A DNA stretch of 64,000 nt from Pocillopora damicornis (GCF_003704095.1 NW_020847747.1:620001-684000); one strand, 5' to 3'. Counted from the stretch's first letter, positions 1 to 12,935 are shown. The notes: a model not told the origin generated them from the letters alone. Program-made: numbers and translations.

Positions 1-2395
1 AGTAAGGAATGGAACTGAAACTGGAAAGTAATCAAAAACGTTTAAATTGCAGGGAAGTTTCTGCAGAGCGCAGAGTTTTATGTTCTTCAAACGCATCTGT
101 CATCATTAAACCTTTCAGCTTGGCGTGCTCCTGGCCGTATATTAGTTTCTTCTCGTAAAGCGTGAGGTAACTTTCTCTTTGGAAGCACACCAACATTAAT
201 TTAATGACTTTTGTGTGAAATTCCAGTGACTCATTTTACAGGTTCGGCGATTCTACATTTCCGAGAACTTTTCTTGTTAGAATCAATTTTAGAAGAACAC
301 CCTCTCCTCCCTAGAGTTATTCATGTAATATAATGGCGTTCATCTGATAACTGTTAAATTAAAAAGTGGTTTAAAACAGTGGCTTGTTTGGTTTTACTTC
401 AACTCTTTATTTCAATTGAAGTTTGATCGTGTTCTGATCTTAACAAAGCCGTGAAAAACTATTAAAACCCAATCTAGATTTTAAAGTGACATCTTACGAT
501 CAGCTATGACAATTCGTCTACCTGTGTGGTCGATGTCATCTTAATTTCCTCGTGAATGGAACTGAAGCTTTGTGTTGTTTCCGTTCAATTTTTCTCTGTT
601 CCAGTCGTAGTAAAGTCATTTGTACAGTTTACTTTGGTTTTACAGACGTAAAGGACCAGAGTCCTGTAGTGTTCAGTTTTCTTTTGACGCTCGTGTAAAT
701 CATTTGTACCTCGGCCGTTTGGAGCAGTTTCGATATCAACATCTGTCTCTCTGAACGTCCTCTGCTTTGAGCGAATACAACATATCTCGATTATCTGATT
801 AAAATATTTAAGTGACTCAATGATAATTATCTGTTAACGACCGCAAGAACTTAATTGCAAGCAATTTTGTTCTGAAGGAAAAACAAGGTGTTCCAAAGGT
901 ATTTTTCTTAAAAAAAAAAAAACCTGCTTCTGCCAGACGTGACGAGACTAATAGAGGGAGAACAACAATTGTAATTTGGAAGACCTCAACGTTAGCCACG
1001 AAAGCTGAAACAAAAACATCGAGTCATTAGCAGTAAATTAAGCCATTTATAAGTTCGAGAAGAACTTCGTAATAAGCAAGTATTTATCAAACAAAATCCA
1101 CACGAAACACAAATAGTCACATAACAGGGGGCGCCCTGAGTTCATGATGTCCCGTTGAAAAACCATGATGATGGCGATAGTTACACTACAAACTAAATAT
1201 GATTAGCGTTCATTTATTTTAAATATTGCCAAACTAAACTGATAGTTTTTAGGACAGATCTGTCGTTTTTTCTTGGGTGGTACGCTTGACGTAGAAACAG
1301 TGAAATTTTCGTCAGATATTTTTGATGACTGACTATCGCATGTCTTCTTAATTGCCTGTGGTTTCAATGTTGTGAAGATTAAATACAAATCTTTCAACTT
1401 CGCTTGAAAAACAAGGCGGTACCACACTCGATGAGTATCTCACTTTTTTCTTCATCATTTTAATTTCAAGCCCCAAATGGGAAAAACAACGAAAGCGTTC
1501 TTGAACAAGTATTACTGCAAGACACACTCTGTTTACAAAGGCTCCTAAGTGGCTTTACAATTTTGAAAGTCCATAGTACAATGGAACAGTTGGCTTTAGA
1601 AGCGATGCGGCAAGATTTAGCGGGAGACAATTTATACTTCAACTCTGCGGGAACGCAAAAACGCCGCTCAGCATTGAATTATGACAACTGCTGGTTGCTT
1701 TTTTTTTCAACTGAAACCTCCTGGATTCACTCCGTGAAAATGTGACTCCAGATTATCTCAACCTCGACGCAATTAGCTCGAACTGAAATAAATTACTTTT
1801 ATGATTGAAAAGGATTACACCAGTGGTGTAGCGGTTGTTCTCTCTATCTGTGTGATCAGAGGCGTGAGGCATTTATCAACGGCTTTGACAGCTCTGAAAA
1901 GAACTTAATTAATAAGGAAATAATTTCTCAGCGGGACAATGCGACAATGACTTTTCCTGTGGTAAAATGGAAGCACACGGTATTTTCATTTCCACTGTGC
2001 ACACTCTCAGCTTGAAATTTTACTTTAATAATGTTTGAAATTATTTTCAGTGGTGTTTTGTAGCTCGCGGTATGGGTTCATAACAGGACAAATAAATGAA
2101 TGGTAGGGGGTGAAAGTTTAGCTTTATAAACTGTCACTAATAACGCAAATAATAAAGTTGATTAATCAGTGATGAGCTTTTAATTAACAATCCTTAAGAA
2201 CTAATATCATTGTTTTGCTTGTGTGTTTTATTAACCGTGTCAAAATCCACTGGCTGTATATCTACACAGCGCGTCTGAGAAGTCTTGTGAGGCGAGGATC
2301 TAGTGAACATTTCGCCCAGTCTAAAGTGAGCTGTAATCAGTGTTATTGAGAGCAAGAATGCAACAATTAATTGCATAAGTGGGTATTGATATTCC

Positions 2396-4476
2396 ATGGA
2401 TGGTCTTACTGCTTTTGTGTCCCGGTTCGACAAGGTAAAGCCACAAGATTCATCAGCCACACAAGTTGATGGTGGCCGAGAGCAGGACAATGCTTCATCT
2501 TCTTCGAGCTTGGTGACTCTTCCATTCAGCATTGCGGAAATTTTGAGCGATAAACGAAATGAGCCAAGGAAAAAGGAAACCGAAGACATCAGTATTGAAA
2601 TGAGACGGTATGCTGTGCAAGGTAGGAGAGAAACAACCAAATAACAGAACATTTCGTCTTTGTTCGCCGTAAGGTTGAATGTATTACTATCTCACTGTAG
2701 TTTAAACTACTTTCAGAATAACTATTTCTATTTTCTAGAAATTAATTCCTAAATGCAAAACGGGACATTTTCCTGTGCCATTGTTATAAACATAACTTGA
2801 GACACTACAAGGAAGTCACTGCGTTCCTGAAATTCTCATCAAAAAGGTTAACGTCTGAAATAATTTATAAATTTGTCCTTATCAAGTAATCTATGGACCA
2901 AAATATGCCAATATAAACTATAATAATAATTATTTATTAATTGTAGATTAAACAGTTCACTGCAATAGTTTATATTGAAAGTCTCAATTTCTACTCAGTT
3001 GGTATAAAACCATCTTACTCCGAGTAACAAGAAAAACAATTTGACTGATGAACTTTTGGGTCAGTCTTACCTCAAGAATTTTCTTATCGATTCTAACAAG
3101 ACTAAACGTATCAATACTCCAGTATTTATAAAGAAAATTTTCTAAACCTTTTGATTCAGCCACGGAGCGAAGATTAGCGTAAAAGAAATGGGAAACTGCT
3201 TTGAGGTTTGGTAAGCCGAGGGATCACTGGACTCTCGGCAGAGAACATTCACATTGAAGCAAGCTTAACGTTCGTCAATTATAAAGTGAGATTACTTAAA
3301 AGCATGTTGCATCCTAGACAGTGCGTATTAGGTTCAGGAAGAACGTTTGAAATAACAGTCCATATCAAATTCGGATGTCTTTCTAAAATACTGATACGCT
3401 TATTTAATATCTGTGTATTCTTTCGGAAGGTTTTGACGAATCACCCAGACGAACAAACCGGTGCAAACCTCCGCGAAACAGGAAAAATTTTACGAGAGAA
3501 CAATTGCGAGAACTGGAGAAACTGTTTGATCAGACACATTACCCAGATGCCTTGACGCGGGAGACACTGGCGAAGAGGATGGGCCTATCAGAAGCTAGAG
3601 TTCAGGTAACTCGCCGAACAGGGTCTTGTGGGATTGTTTTGAAACAAAGCAAGTTCAAAACTGGTTTGATAAGTTGTGGACAAACAAAAATGAATTCAAT
3701 TGCCATCAACTTTCACTAATTCCCTTGGATAAGCACTTACTCACTAGGCCATAGTGTCAAACAAGCACCCGTCTCGAATAAGCGCCTCCCTTCCTCCCTC
3801 ATCTCTAGTTGCAGGGTAACAGGGAAAAACTGTATCCATCGCCACTTCATTTATAACGTTTTAAGCTTCAGCCAGAAGTGAGTTAGCACAGGAGTCTGCG
3901 CCCTCCTTTTAATGGGTACTCCTTCTTTTAGCCGAGATTTTAACTAAGCATCAGCGCGTTTACTCGAGGAAATACGGTATATCACATCAAGGAAAAAAAA
4001 ACAATTGTTAATGACTTGATTTCATCTCACATTTCCAGTACAAAACACAAAATTGAGAGAGGGTACTTGAAACGAGGGGAGAGGAGTAAGACTGGGGCTA
4101 GGTTAGGTGTTCTGATGAAAAGCATGTCACTGTGACAATCCCGCTGATTTATCCACAGATCTGGTTTCAAAACCGTCGTGCTAAAAGTCGTCGGCAGGAA
4201 GGACCGAGTCAGAGGGGCTTCGTTGTCCCGGCAACCCCGACATACAAACCACCAAATCACGTAACTCAGCTACGCCAAGAAACATCTATCACACCATTTA
4301 CCCATGGTGCTTATAGAACTGGGTGTGTTGAGCATCTGTGCATGTGTAACCACGCCAGTTTTGTTACCAGTGTCAGTCAGGTTGATTATAATCGTCAGTT
4401 TAATCAACAAACAAGCATCGAGGATCTGAGACGTAAAGCTCGGTACCACAACTGGGGGGGGCATAACGTACATTGA
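2396..4476 (+). CDS. SHOX: SHOX/SHOX2-like paired-class (Q50) homeobox transcription factor, 3 exons (2396-2621, 3430-3605, 4159-4476), about 239 aa
   Basis: Exons join in frame via GT-AG introns (phase 1, then phase 0 between homeodomain residues 46/47, the typical PRD-class position). Homeodomain [60 protein letters not shown] carries SHOX-diagnostic residues (NFT, LFDxTHYPDA, GLSEARVQ). N-terminus [15 protein letters not shown] resembles vertebrate SHOX/SHOX2 MEELTAFVSKSFDQK (recalled). C-terminal [13 protein letters not shown] is an OAR motif. Confidence 0.88.
2525..2545 (+). other. eh1/octapeptide Groucho-binding motif (FSIAEIL) in homeobox exon 1
   Basis: Exact match to the FSIxxIL consensus. 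Confidence 0.8.
3713..3979. mobile_element. Degenerate non-autonomous DNA transposon (MITE) in homeobox intron 2
   Basis: Right end ...TTACTCGAGGAAATACGGTA, internal CGAATAAGCGCC sub-terminal motif, and a weakly matching left end (AATTCCCTTGGATAAGC). Resembles TA-flanked Tc1/mariner-pogo type MITE ends (recalled). Confidence 0.4.
4405..4449 (+). other. OAR (aristaless/paired-tail) domain [15 protein letters not shown]
   Basis: Matches the OAR consensus SSIAxLRLKAKxH at the protein C-terminus. Confidence 0.85.
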
Positions 4477-4593
4477 GCCCGCGTTTTCATCTCCTTGGAT
4501 CAGTGGAGAAAGGAATTTAAAAAGGATGTTTCACTGCCTTTTTCCGTGTTCAGGAAACTAAAATCAAAGTTTTCATCATACCAAACTGACCGT

Positions 4594-4666
4594 AATAAAT
4601 TTCTCTCAGATTTCAAAAATAGTTCAATTCGATATTTATTACATTAATAGATATTACTATAATAAA
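4594..4666. terminator. Cluster of candidate polyadenylation signals for two convergent genes
   Basis: AATAAA on + at 4594-4599 and 4661-4666. AATAAA on - at 4640-4635 is the only canonical minus-strand hexamer I found between the two stop codons. Confidence 0.45.
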
Positions 4667-5013
4667 CTGAAATCATGCGCTTCATTCAATACAAAAAAAT
4701 CGCTTTTTCTCTCTAAATTAATGACAAAACATCAAGCTGATTTGGCTCTTATCGATGGACTGTCGAAAAACTAAATCTTACAATTATTTAATAGACTAGA
4801 TGGCTGTATTGCACGGTTTTTTTTGATGAGCCTACACGAAGAAATGGACTGTCTACAACTACGGCTTCACATGTACAAAAATTTATAAAAAATAGCGGTT
4901 TGATCTAAAACTTCGATTCAATGTTTTCAGCCTATTCTAATTAAATATCTTGTATTGCAATCAGTGCAAATAAATAATATTAAAAAAATACAAATGTTAT
5001 AAAAGCACTAAGT

Positions 5014-8000
5014 TTACTTCTTTGTTTTCTTCTTGACTGGTTTTCCTCCCATGGCTGTCTGTAGTTTTCTCTCAGCTTGTTGTTTGCGCTCGTGTTCGGG
5101 TTTGTTCACATGCTGCTCCAGTTGTGCTTGTTTCTCTTCCAACTTTTTCTTGAACAAGTTCAGTCGCTCCAAACAGTTACTCTTCTGCAGATTAATGGAT
5201 TCCAGCGATGCCTTTGCAGTAGTTATCTTGGTGGTTGTTTGTCGAACAGCATTCTTATGCTGAGCATGCTCCGTGCTGCCCTCCGCTGATTCCCTGAAGA
5301 GGTCTGTTTGAGCCAACAGTTCTTGTTCCAGTTCCCTTAGATTTGCAGTGACATCAAGAGACTGCCTGGAGAGCTGAGCGAATTCCTGGTTCAAGCTGTC
5401 TACAGTGTCTTGCATGTCATTAACTTGAACCTGTAATAAAAGTTCACAAAGTCACTACTTATCAGAATCCCAGAGGTAAAGGTGCTCTTGTCTCGTCACG
5501 AATGAGTTTGGTTAGTTCTCAGACCCTATAAAATATTTCCTCTCTATGTTACATACCAGAGCAAGAAAGGATTTCAATAAGTTGATTTATCTTGCATATC
5601 TGTACATAAGTTACTTTGCACCAGCAGTTTTCCTGATCTCAGGAAAGGAGTTCTCTCATTTTCCCGAAATTCCCCTCCTACACATAGACATCCACAATAA
5701 CGTCAAGTATCCTCAAAGGTCAAAACCCATCTTAGATAAAATATCAAAACACGTCAACATACCTCTAAGAAGGTCTTATAGAGGTCCTCGTCCTCTTTAG
5801 GCTGTGCAGATTTCCCAGATATGGGCAAACGAGTGGCATTGCGTGACAGAGCTTGGGCGCGGGAGACCTGTCGAGACACTCCACGCGACAACAAATTCCC
5901 ACGTGACTGAGCGTACCGTGACACTGGTCTCTCCTTAGCTAGTGGTCCTTGTAGCTCGTGTAATCGTTTATCAATAAATTCTTCTGTGCCTTGAAGACGG
6001 GCGTGGGACGCTTTCTCTTCCACAGCACCAAGGAAAGATCTCAACTTGGACTCGACAGCAAAGTTACTGTACTTGGATAAACGTTCCACAATACCTTCAT
6101 GTGTAAAATGCACGCCATCTTTGTTCGCGCCGCGCAAAAGCTTGACATCCAAAAGTCCATCCACCATATTCGCCTTGTCAGCCTCAGTATGAGCATCACC
6201 AAATACAGACTCCAACAGCACACGGCTGGCGCTTTCCAAATCGTCGCTTGCAGGAAGTGAGGACAGAGTGCGCGCAAGCGCAGAGGAACGCCTATATCGT
6301 GCAAAGAACAAGTCATCGCAAATTACAGCTAGGGCGTGATGGAACTCTTTCATAAATCCCGGATGGGAGTCGTCGCGTAAGTCTCCGCAAGCAATGTGCG
6401 CGAGGCAGTGAACCAGAACCAAAATAAACTCTCCAACGTTGTCCATTCGTTCAGTTCGCACGTACAAGATACGATTGTTTGCGTCGTAGAAGAAGGAATT
6501 CCTGTAAGCGTTCCTCTGTAGATGAGAGTTTGGAGGCAGCTTATCGGCTAGCAAGAGTGTGACAGGAAGATGATGACAATGAACGGCGAGTAAATCGACA
6601 ATGAAAGAGCCAAACTTGTATGTGACGAAGGCTCGAGCAGGCAGCGTGTTCAGATCAACTGGGACAAGTTCATCGTCCCCTGTCCACAAAGTGTCATCCT
6701 TGATGTCAATATAACCTTCACCAGGTGCTGAGAAGCAAGTCAACACCAATACGTTACACAACGTCATTTACTGAGTAACCCTTCTGTACATCATCTTACT
6801 GCAGATATAACTTTTGTATCCCATTACTTTAAATCAAAGGACTCAAACCGCATCTAAGAAAGTCAATCCTACTTGCTAATTTGTTTAACTCTAAAAATTT
6901 TCTACCAGGTACTTTAAAATAACACTGTCCACTTGACATTAGTAAAAATATTGATTTCCACTTACCCGAACCGCCAAACTGTCCTCCTTTACCAGCGCCA
7001 CCACTCACTAACGATTTGATGCTCTCGATCTTTTGGTATAGCGGTGACGCCAGCAGCAGCGATGCCAGTTCACCTTCACTCAATGGAGCTGCTAATCGAT
7101 AACTATCCGGCATTAGTCGCGCTTGCTGTATAGGGGGTGAAGCAGCTTCAGATTCGATTGTAGCAGCTACAAGGTTATCGACATGAATGCTTTCCTTCAA
7201 AGCGATCACCTCTTCAGCTTGTGCTCGATCGCGCTCAGATTGAACTTTCTCTTCAAATTCTTTCTTCTCCTCTTCGTTTCGAGTTGTAAGTTCAGTCACC
7301 TTAGCCTGCCGTTTTGCCTCACGTCTTTTCTTCAAACGCTCTTCCAATGAGCTCTGCATTCTCATTCTATCCGCGTCCATTTTGTTCATCAGTTTAGCCA
7401 AGTCTTTGCTGTGTTCTTTCAATATGGCTTCTTGGTCTTCCTTTGAAGCTCCTTGTTTGCTCATTTTGTCCATTTCTTGTTTGACTTTCGCCTTCTTTTC
7501 CTTCAGCAGGGCTTCTTTACGAGTGTTAAGAGCCAAGATTGCCTTTTCGTTCTTTTTCTGTTCTTCCTCTGCTTCTTGTTCCAGCTGTTTGTCGAACGTC
7601 TTAAGTTCCTCTTCTAACTTAAGTTGTTGCTCGGCTTCAAATGCTAAGTGACAAACAGATGCAAATAAGAGAGGTTTAGGGAAAAATTTATTCATTTGAC
7701 TTAAATGAATTATTGCTCTTCATTGAATTTTTTAGTTAAATTGTTACTAACCATCATTTTCTTGTTTGAGTTTCAGTTCATTCTCCGCTCGCTGTTCATC
7801 TAGTTTTTGTTTAACTATTTCCAGTTCCCTCGCGGCTGCCAGCGCCTTCTCAACTGATCGCCTGTGTTCCTCTGCTTGTTCTGGAGTCAACTCATTCAAA
7901 GCATCAGCATATTCCTAGATGAGGAGAGGAGTAGCATAAATAAGATGAAGAGTTAAGCAAAGAGGGAAATTGAAAAGTTAATAAGGAATACCAGAACGAA

Positions 8001-11000
8001 TCTCTTGATGCGACCACAATATTCCTAGAGCAAACATAAAATTAGGACAACTAAAGCTTTTTCCATCCAAACTCACCTGATAGTGCTTCTCCTTAAGCTC
8101 TAACTTGGCGCGCGCAAAGCGCACTTCCCAGTCTGACTGCACACCATGTTGAATTTGTTTCCTTTGATCAGCGTGTTTTTTATCCAGCGCGCTTTGTCGT
8201 AATTGCTGTTGGTTCAATAACTGGGCCCTCTTCTGCTGCAGCTCTTCAGGATTTAATTTTTGTTTTTCCAGTTCTCTTAATTCTTTCTCGTGTTGAGCCC
8301 GAAGTTCATCGTTTTCTTGCGCATGTCTTTCTTCCATCTTGGCCAGTGCTTCATCAACAGCCACTTTACGTTCTTCCTGAAACATACGCTCCAAGTCTTT
8401 CAGCTCCTGACTTTGACGTTTTTCCAGAACCTGTAAACAGAACAGGTTTGTGTTTTTTTTCTTACTTAATCCACTGAAGTAGCTATCATGTAATCAATAG
8501 TTACCATGACAACAGTTAAATCAGACCCTACAGAGGATGTTACCAGCACGAATTCTATCCAGATTAAAAGAGCAACTATGGCTTAGTCTCAACAACATTT
8601 TCAAGACAGCTAAACAACAAGGTAATTAAACGACCTGTATAACTCCACATTTATTACCTTTCTGATGACAAACTCTGCAGCTTCAGAGCCGTTCTCCCTG
8701 ATCCCGTCAATCATAGCTTGCTTCTCTGCCTCTTTTACCTGACAGTGAAAAATGCATTCGTTTAAAACAAATTGGCACGATCTGTGAGTTAAAATCCGCA
8801 AATGAATGTTAATCAAAAATTGATTTCATTTTACACCGTTGAACTCAGAAACTGAAACATCTGAATTAATCTCTAGCAATATAACACACCACAAAAGAAA
8901 AACTTAAAATTTTCCCCTTTCAACTGAGCACGTGCCACTCACGTGTTGTGTGCGCACTTCTTGCAGTTCTCTCTTCTGCTCCAACAATTCCTTAGCCATC
9001 TCTCTTTCTTGTTTACGCTGCTGTGCTTCTTGTTTTCGTTTCTTTCTTTCCAGTAGCTTCTGATGTAAGTTCGCCTGCTGCCTTTGTTTCTCCAAGTCCA
9101 TCTTTTCCATTATTTCTTCCAGTTCTTGTTGATGTGCCGTCAAAAGCTGGTAGGCAATTAAAACAAAAAAATTATTGTGAATGATTATGGAGAGTGAATG
9201 ACTATTGCTTACACGGTGTTTAAGTCTAACTTATACAGTTTCGATCATTTGCATGAGATGACAATGTATTGCGGAATATCGATTACTTCTCTCCTGGGAA
9301 TTCTGAGCTGATTAAAAGAGAGACTCTTGGCGTACCTGTTGCACTTCTTCAGGTGACATGTCCTTAGAGCGTGCCGCTAACTCAGCAGCATGTCTGTCCT
9401 TCAGCTCTCGCAGTCTACGCTCTTTATCAGCCTCAAGATGTTCCATAGCCTGAGCTTCTTCTGCAGCCAGTTCTCGTTCTAGTTTTTCGTTGACTTTCAG
9501 GGTATCTTGTTCATGTCTATCACGCATATCAGCTAAGGTACGCTCCTGTTCGTTTCGTAACGCCTGAAAATAAAGATGTTTACAGAGATCAGATTCACAG
9601 AGATTAGAAAAAATTCATCAACCATTACTTTTTGAGGTTCAATTTTGTCAATAACTAGTTCGTTCTGCACAGTATATCGGAACTCACTTCTTTAGGGCAG
9701 TGTAGTAAAGTTGCACGAACCTGTTCTTCTGAAGTTTCACGTGGTAATATGACTTCGGGTACGATCACGTGGTCTGCGTCGACTGGCTTGTTAGCTGCGA
9801 TGGCTTGGCTCTGCTCCTCTAAGATCCGCTGAGCAGCTGTTTCCTCTGCCTGCCGGCGCGCTTCTTCTTGACGACGCGCTCGACGAGCAGCAAGTTTTGC
9901 CTAAGAGGTAGAAATCAGTGTCAATGCCATTTTCAGTTTGTATGGTCCTACGACAAGTGTCATTGTGTTTTGCCTTAATAACTAACAGTCGCGGTCCCAC
10001 CCTCAAGTGATAAGCATCAATGGTACAGTTGAATAATCCAGTTATTTCGAGGAACCATGTTACCTTGGTGTCCTCCAAGGATTTGAGTTTTCGTTGTTCC
10101 AAGTGTTCTAACAGCGCTTCGTTCTCCTTCCTGAACTGATCCATAATCTGTTGTTGGAGAACCGCGTCCAAATTGTCTTTTGTGGCCTATGTGAAACAAA
10201 AACCAAAATAAAAAAAATAAAAAAAAACAGGATAATCCAATTCAATCTACTGAAGATGACAAAAATGCAAAATAATAACAGATATCCTGTTTGAGATGAC
10301 AACTAATGTTTATGTTTAAGAACCTGTTTGATTTTTAAGCTCACTTTATCAAGAAGTTCTTTGTGGACTTGCTGCACGTTTTGCATATGCGACTCATTGA
10401 GTTTCTTGGTGATCTCTGCAATATCACGCGCCTCCTCTGCCTCAAAGCTTGTTTCCAGAGCAGCTATTTCCTGCTCGTGTTGCTTCAGCAAAGCTGTCAC
10501 ATCACCACCTTCGCTTATAACCTGAAGTGAAAGTCACATGAAACGATAAGGAACAGAAACATTTTACACCAGCGTCCAGTTATCTAAAAGCACCAAAAGT
10601 AGATGACCATCTCCAGCAATGCTCAGTTTACCTTGGCTTTCTCCATCTCCTGTTGTTCCCTGAGTTTCTTCAGTCGTTCTTTCTTTCTCTGGGCCAATTT
10701 CTCCCTAATAAGCGCCGTCTGCCGTGCCTGCTGTTGAGCCAGGTCACGTGACATTTTCTCCTCGAGTTCCATTTGTTCACGTTTAATTTGCTCAGCTTGA
10801 TCAGCGTACAGAGAACCAGATGCAACAAGATCATCCTGAAATAAAACAAGAATTTAAGTTTCTTACCCAGCAGCAAGTACATACACGACAAAACTTTGCG
10901 AAAGAAAACAATTATAAAATTTCAAGTGTATTCTTATATTGACGATTCTCTTACCACCATAGCGCAGAATTTGTCTCCCAACTGGCGTCGGTAAACATTC

Positions 11001-12935
11001 GCCTGTTCGGTGGATTGTTGTTCCTCTGCTCGCGCATGTCCAATAGATTCTTCCTGAACAATCACGTCTTGTACACTTTCTTGCGTCTTCAACACTGTAT
11101 CAATACTGGCCAGAGGTTTCACATCATCCAAATGAATTTTGGACTTCTCGGCCTGTGAAGACAAGGAAAATTGTTAAACATCACTCTTTTTATTGTTATC
11201 TTTTGCCACAAAATTACTCGTACCTCCTCCTTCTGTTTTCTTAAGAGGGCGGCCTCTTTTTCCTCTCTTCTCCTCTTCAGCTTCTCTCTCAATGCTGCCA
11301 TTTGTTTCTCTTTCTCAGATGCCAACATTCCTTCTAACTGGACAACTTGTCTTGCATGATCCTCCATAACCGCTCGCATTTCATCTTCACTGAGATCACC
11401 AGACAATTTGTCTGCTAACTTCTCCGCTAACTTTTTCATTTCGCCCGAACGGATTTCTTCCTGTTAATGAACATATGCTTCCACATTAGAAGCAAAACTC
11501 TCACAAAGTTGATTCTGTTTGTAGTTTGTTTATTAATACCAATTGCAGCCACGAGGCTGGATTACAGGTACAGCTGTTGAAGTTCTAAACCTCACTTTCT
11601 CAGGAACGTAGAATAAGTTACATGGGTGACGAAGTTCATTCGTTTTATTAGCAGTGATGTAACAATCAGGCTTCCAAAAAAGCCAAAAACTGGAACGTGA
11701 ATTCATAACTTTTAACCATTAGGAAAATTACCACAAAATGAACGCTGTTCCTGGACAACGTGAAATGGAACTAAAAAACCTGTCATGTTAACTCCAGTGT
11801 ATCTGGTCCCTTATTAAAAAGGAAAATGTCATGAGGACTCAGAGGAAATGCATGTTAATAAAATATAAGATTCTTTCTTTTTCCTGCTTTAAGCCAAACC
11901 TGTTCTTTCAGAAGCTTGTGTACAGCAGTCTCCTCTTCTCGTCCAGTCTGCTGCTCAAGGTGCATGCGCTCTGCATTCATTTTCCGAAGGAACTCACTAA
12001 CGTCACTCGTTCCTTGGATCTGCCACTGCGGCCCAGCAGCCTCACCAGCGTGTACCTCCACCACAGGATACCCAGAAGCTTGTTGGGTGTAGGTAGTAGT
12101 TATTGTGCTGCTATCTCCACCCATCACAATCATTCCAGGCCCTGGTACTGTTATGCTTGTGCCCGACACCACACCTGTGTGACAAATAAAACGTATTTGT
12201 CACTGGTTTTAGAGACGATGGAGAGGACGAGAGACAATACAACAAGAAGTTAAGTTTGCAATTAGGAAAATTCCATTGAGCCGTGTTACCTGGCATTGAA
12301 AATTGTCCCTTTTCGACTTTCTCCAACAGTAGCTGGAGAGACTGCATCAGCTCCTCTTCTCTCACCTGTCCACCAGCTGTCATACCGTATCTCGTGCCGT
12401 GTTCACCAGCCTCACTTGTTTGCTGCTGTTCAGTGGAGGCCTGCAACCGATCATCATCACTTAACACATAACAATTTCAACCTTCAATAATTGTAAAAAT
12501 TACATAAAAATTATGGTTATCTAAGGTAATTGAGAGCAGGCCACAACCTACATACCTCGCCTTCCTTGACCCTTCCTGCCTCTTTGGTTGCTTTGATAAG
12601 TGCAGAGACGTCCATGCTATCTAACATCCCTTTGAGCTTCTCTGCCTGTTGGCTGATTCTGTCATAAAATGCTCTCAAGTCTGCTTGGTGACGCGCTAGT
12701 TGTGACGAAACGTGTAACGTTTGATCTTCCAATTTGTCATATAGTGTACGAACGTTGAAGTTTTCCAGCTCAAATCTTACACTTGGAGAATCAAACGACG
12801 ACCCTTCTGGTGAACCACGTGGTCCAAGGTCATAAATATGATCATCAATACCTAACATAAAATAAATCAGTAATAACGATGAGTTACAAACTCTTTTGCG
12901 AGCCTCAACAAACAAAACCATAGAAGGATACTTAC
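5014..12935 (-). other. Cytoplasmic tail of the giant protein (about 1,650 aa): long E/K/Q/R-rich coiled coil, a globular domain (exon 6727-5763) and a terminal coiled coil ending KPVKKKTKK
   Basis: Translation of the spliced exons after the TM. The ORF-track fragments at 5014-11439 are these exons. Confidence 0.8.

Noticed and set aside
817-1745. Short ORFs upstream of the homeobox gene
   Set aside because: They are 60-74 aa, mostly non-ATG starts, with no motifs or splice support.
1900-2395. TAAT-rich cluster upstream of the homeobox gene as autoregulatory sites
   Set aside because: No clean TAATnnnATTA palindrome was found and the AT-rich background makes TAAT cores uninformative without conservation data.
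2194-3555. ORFs 2194-2652 (-) and 3208-3555 (+) as separate genes
   Set aside because: They are antisense or off-frame to the homeobox exons.
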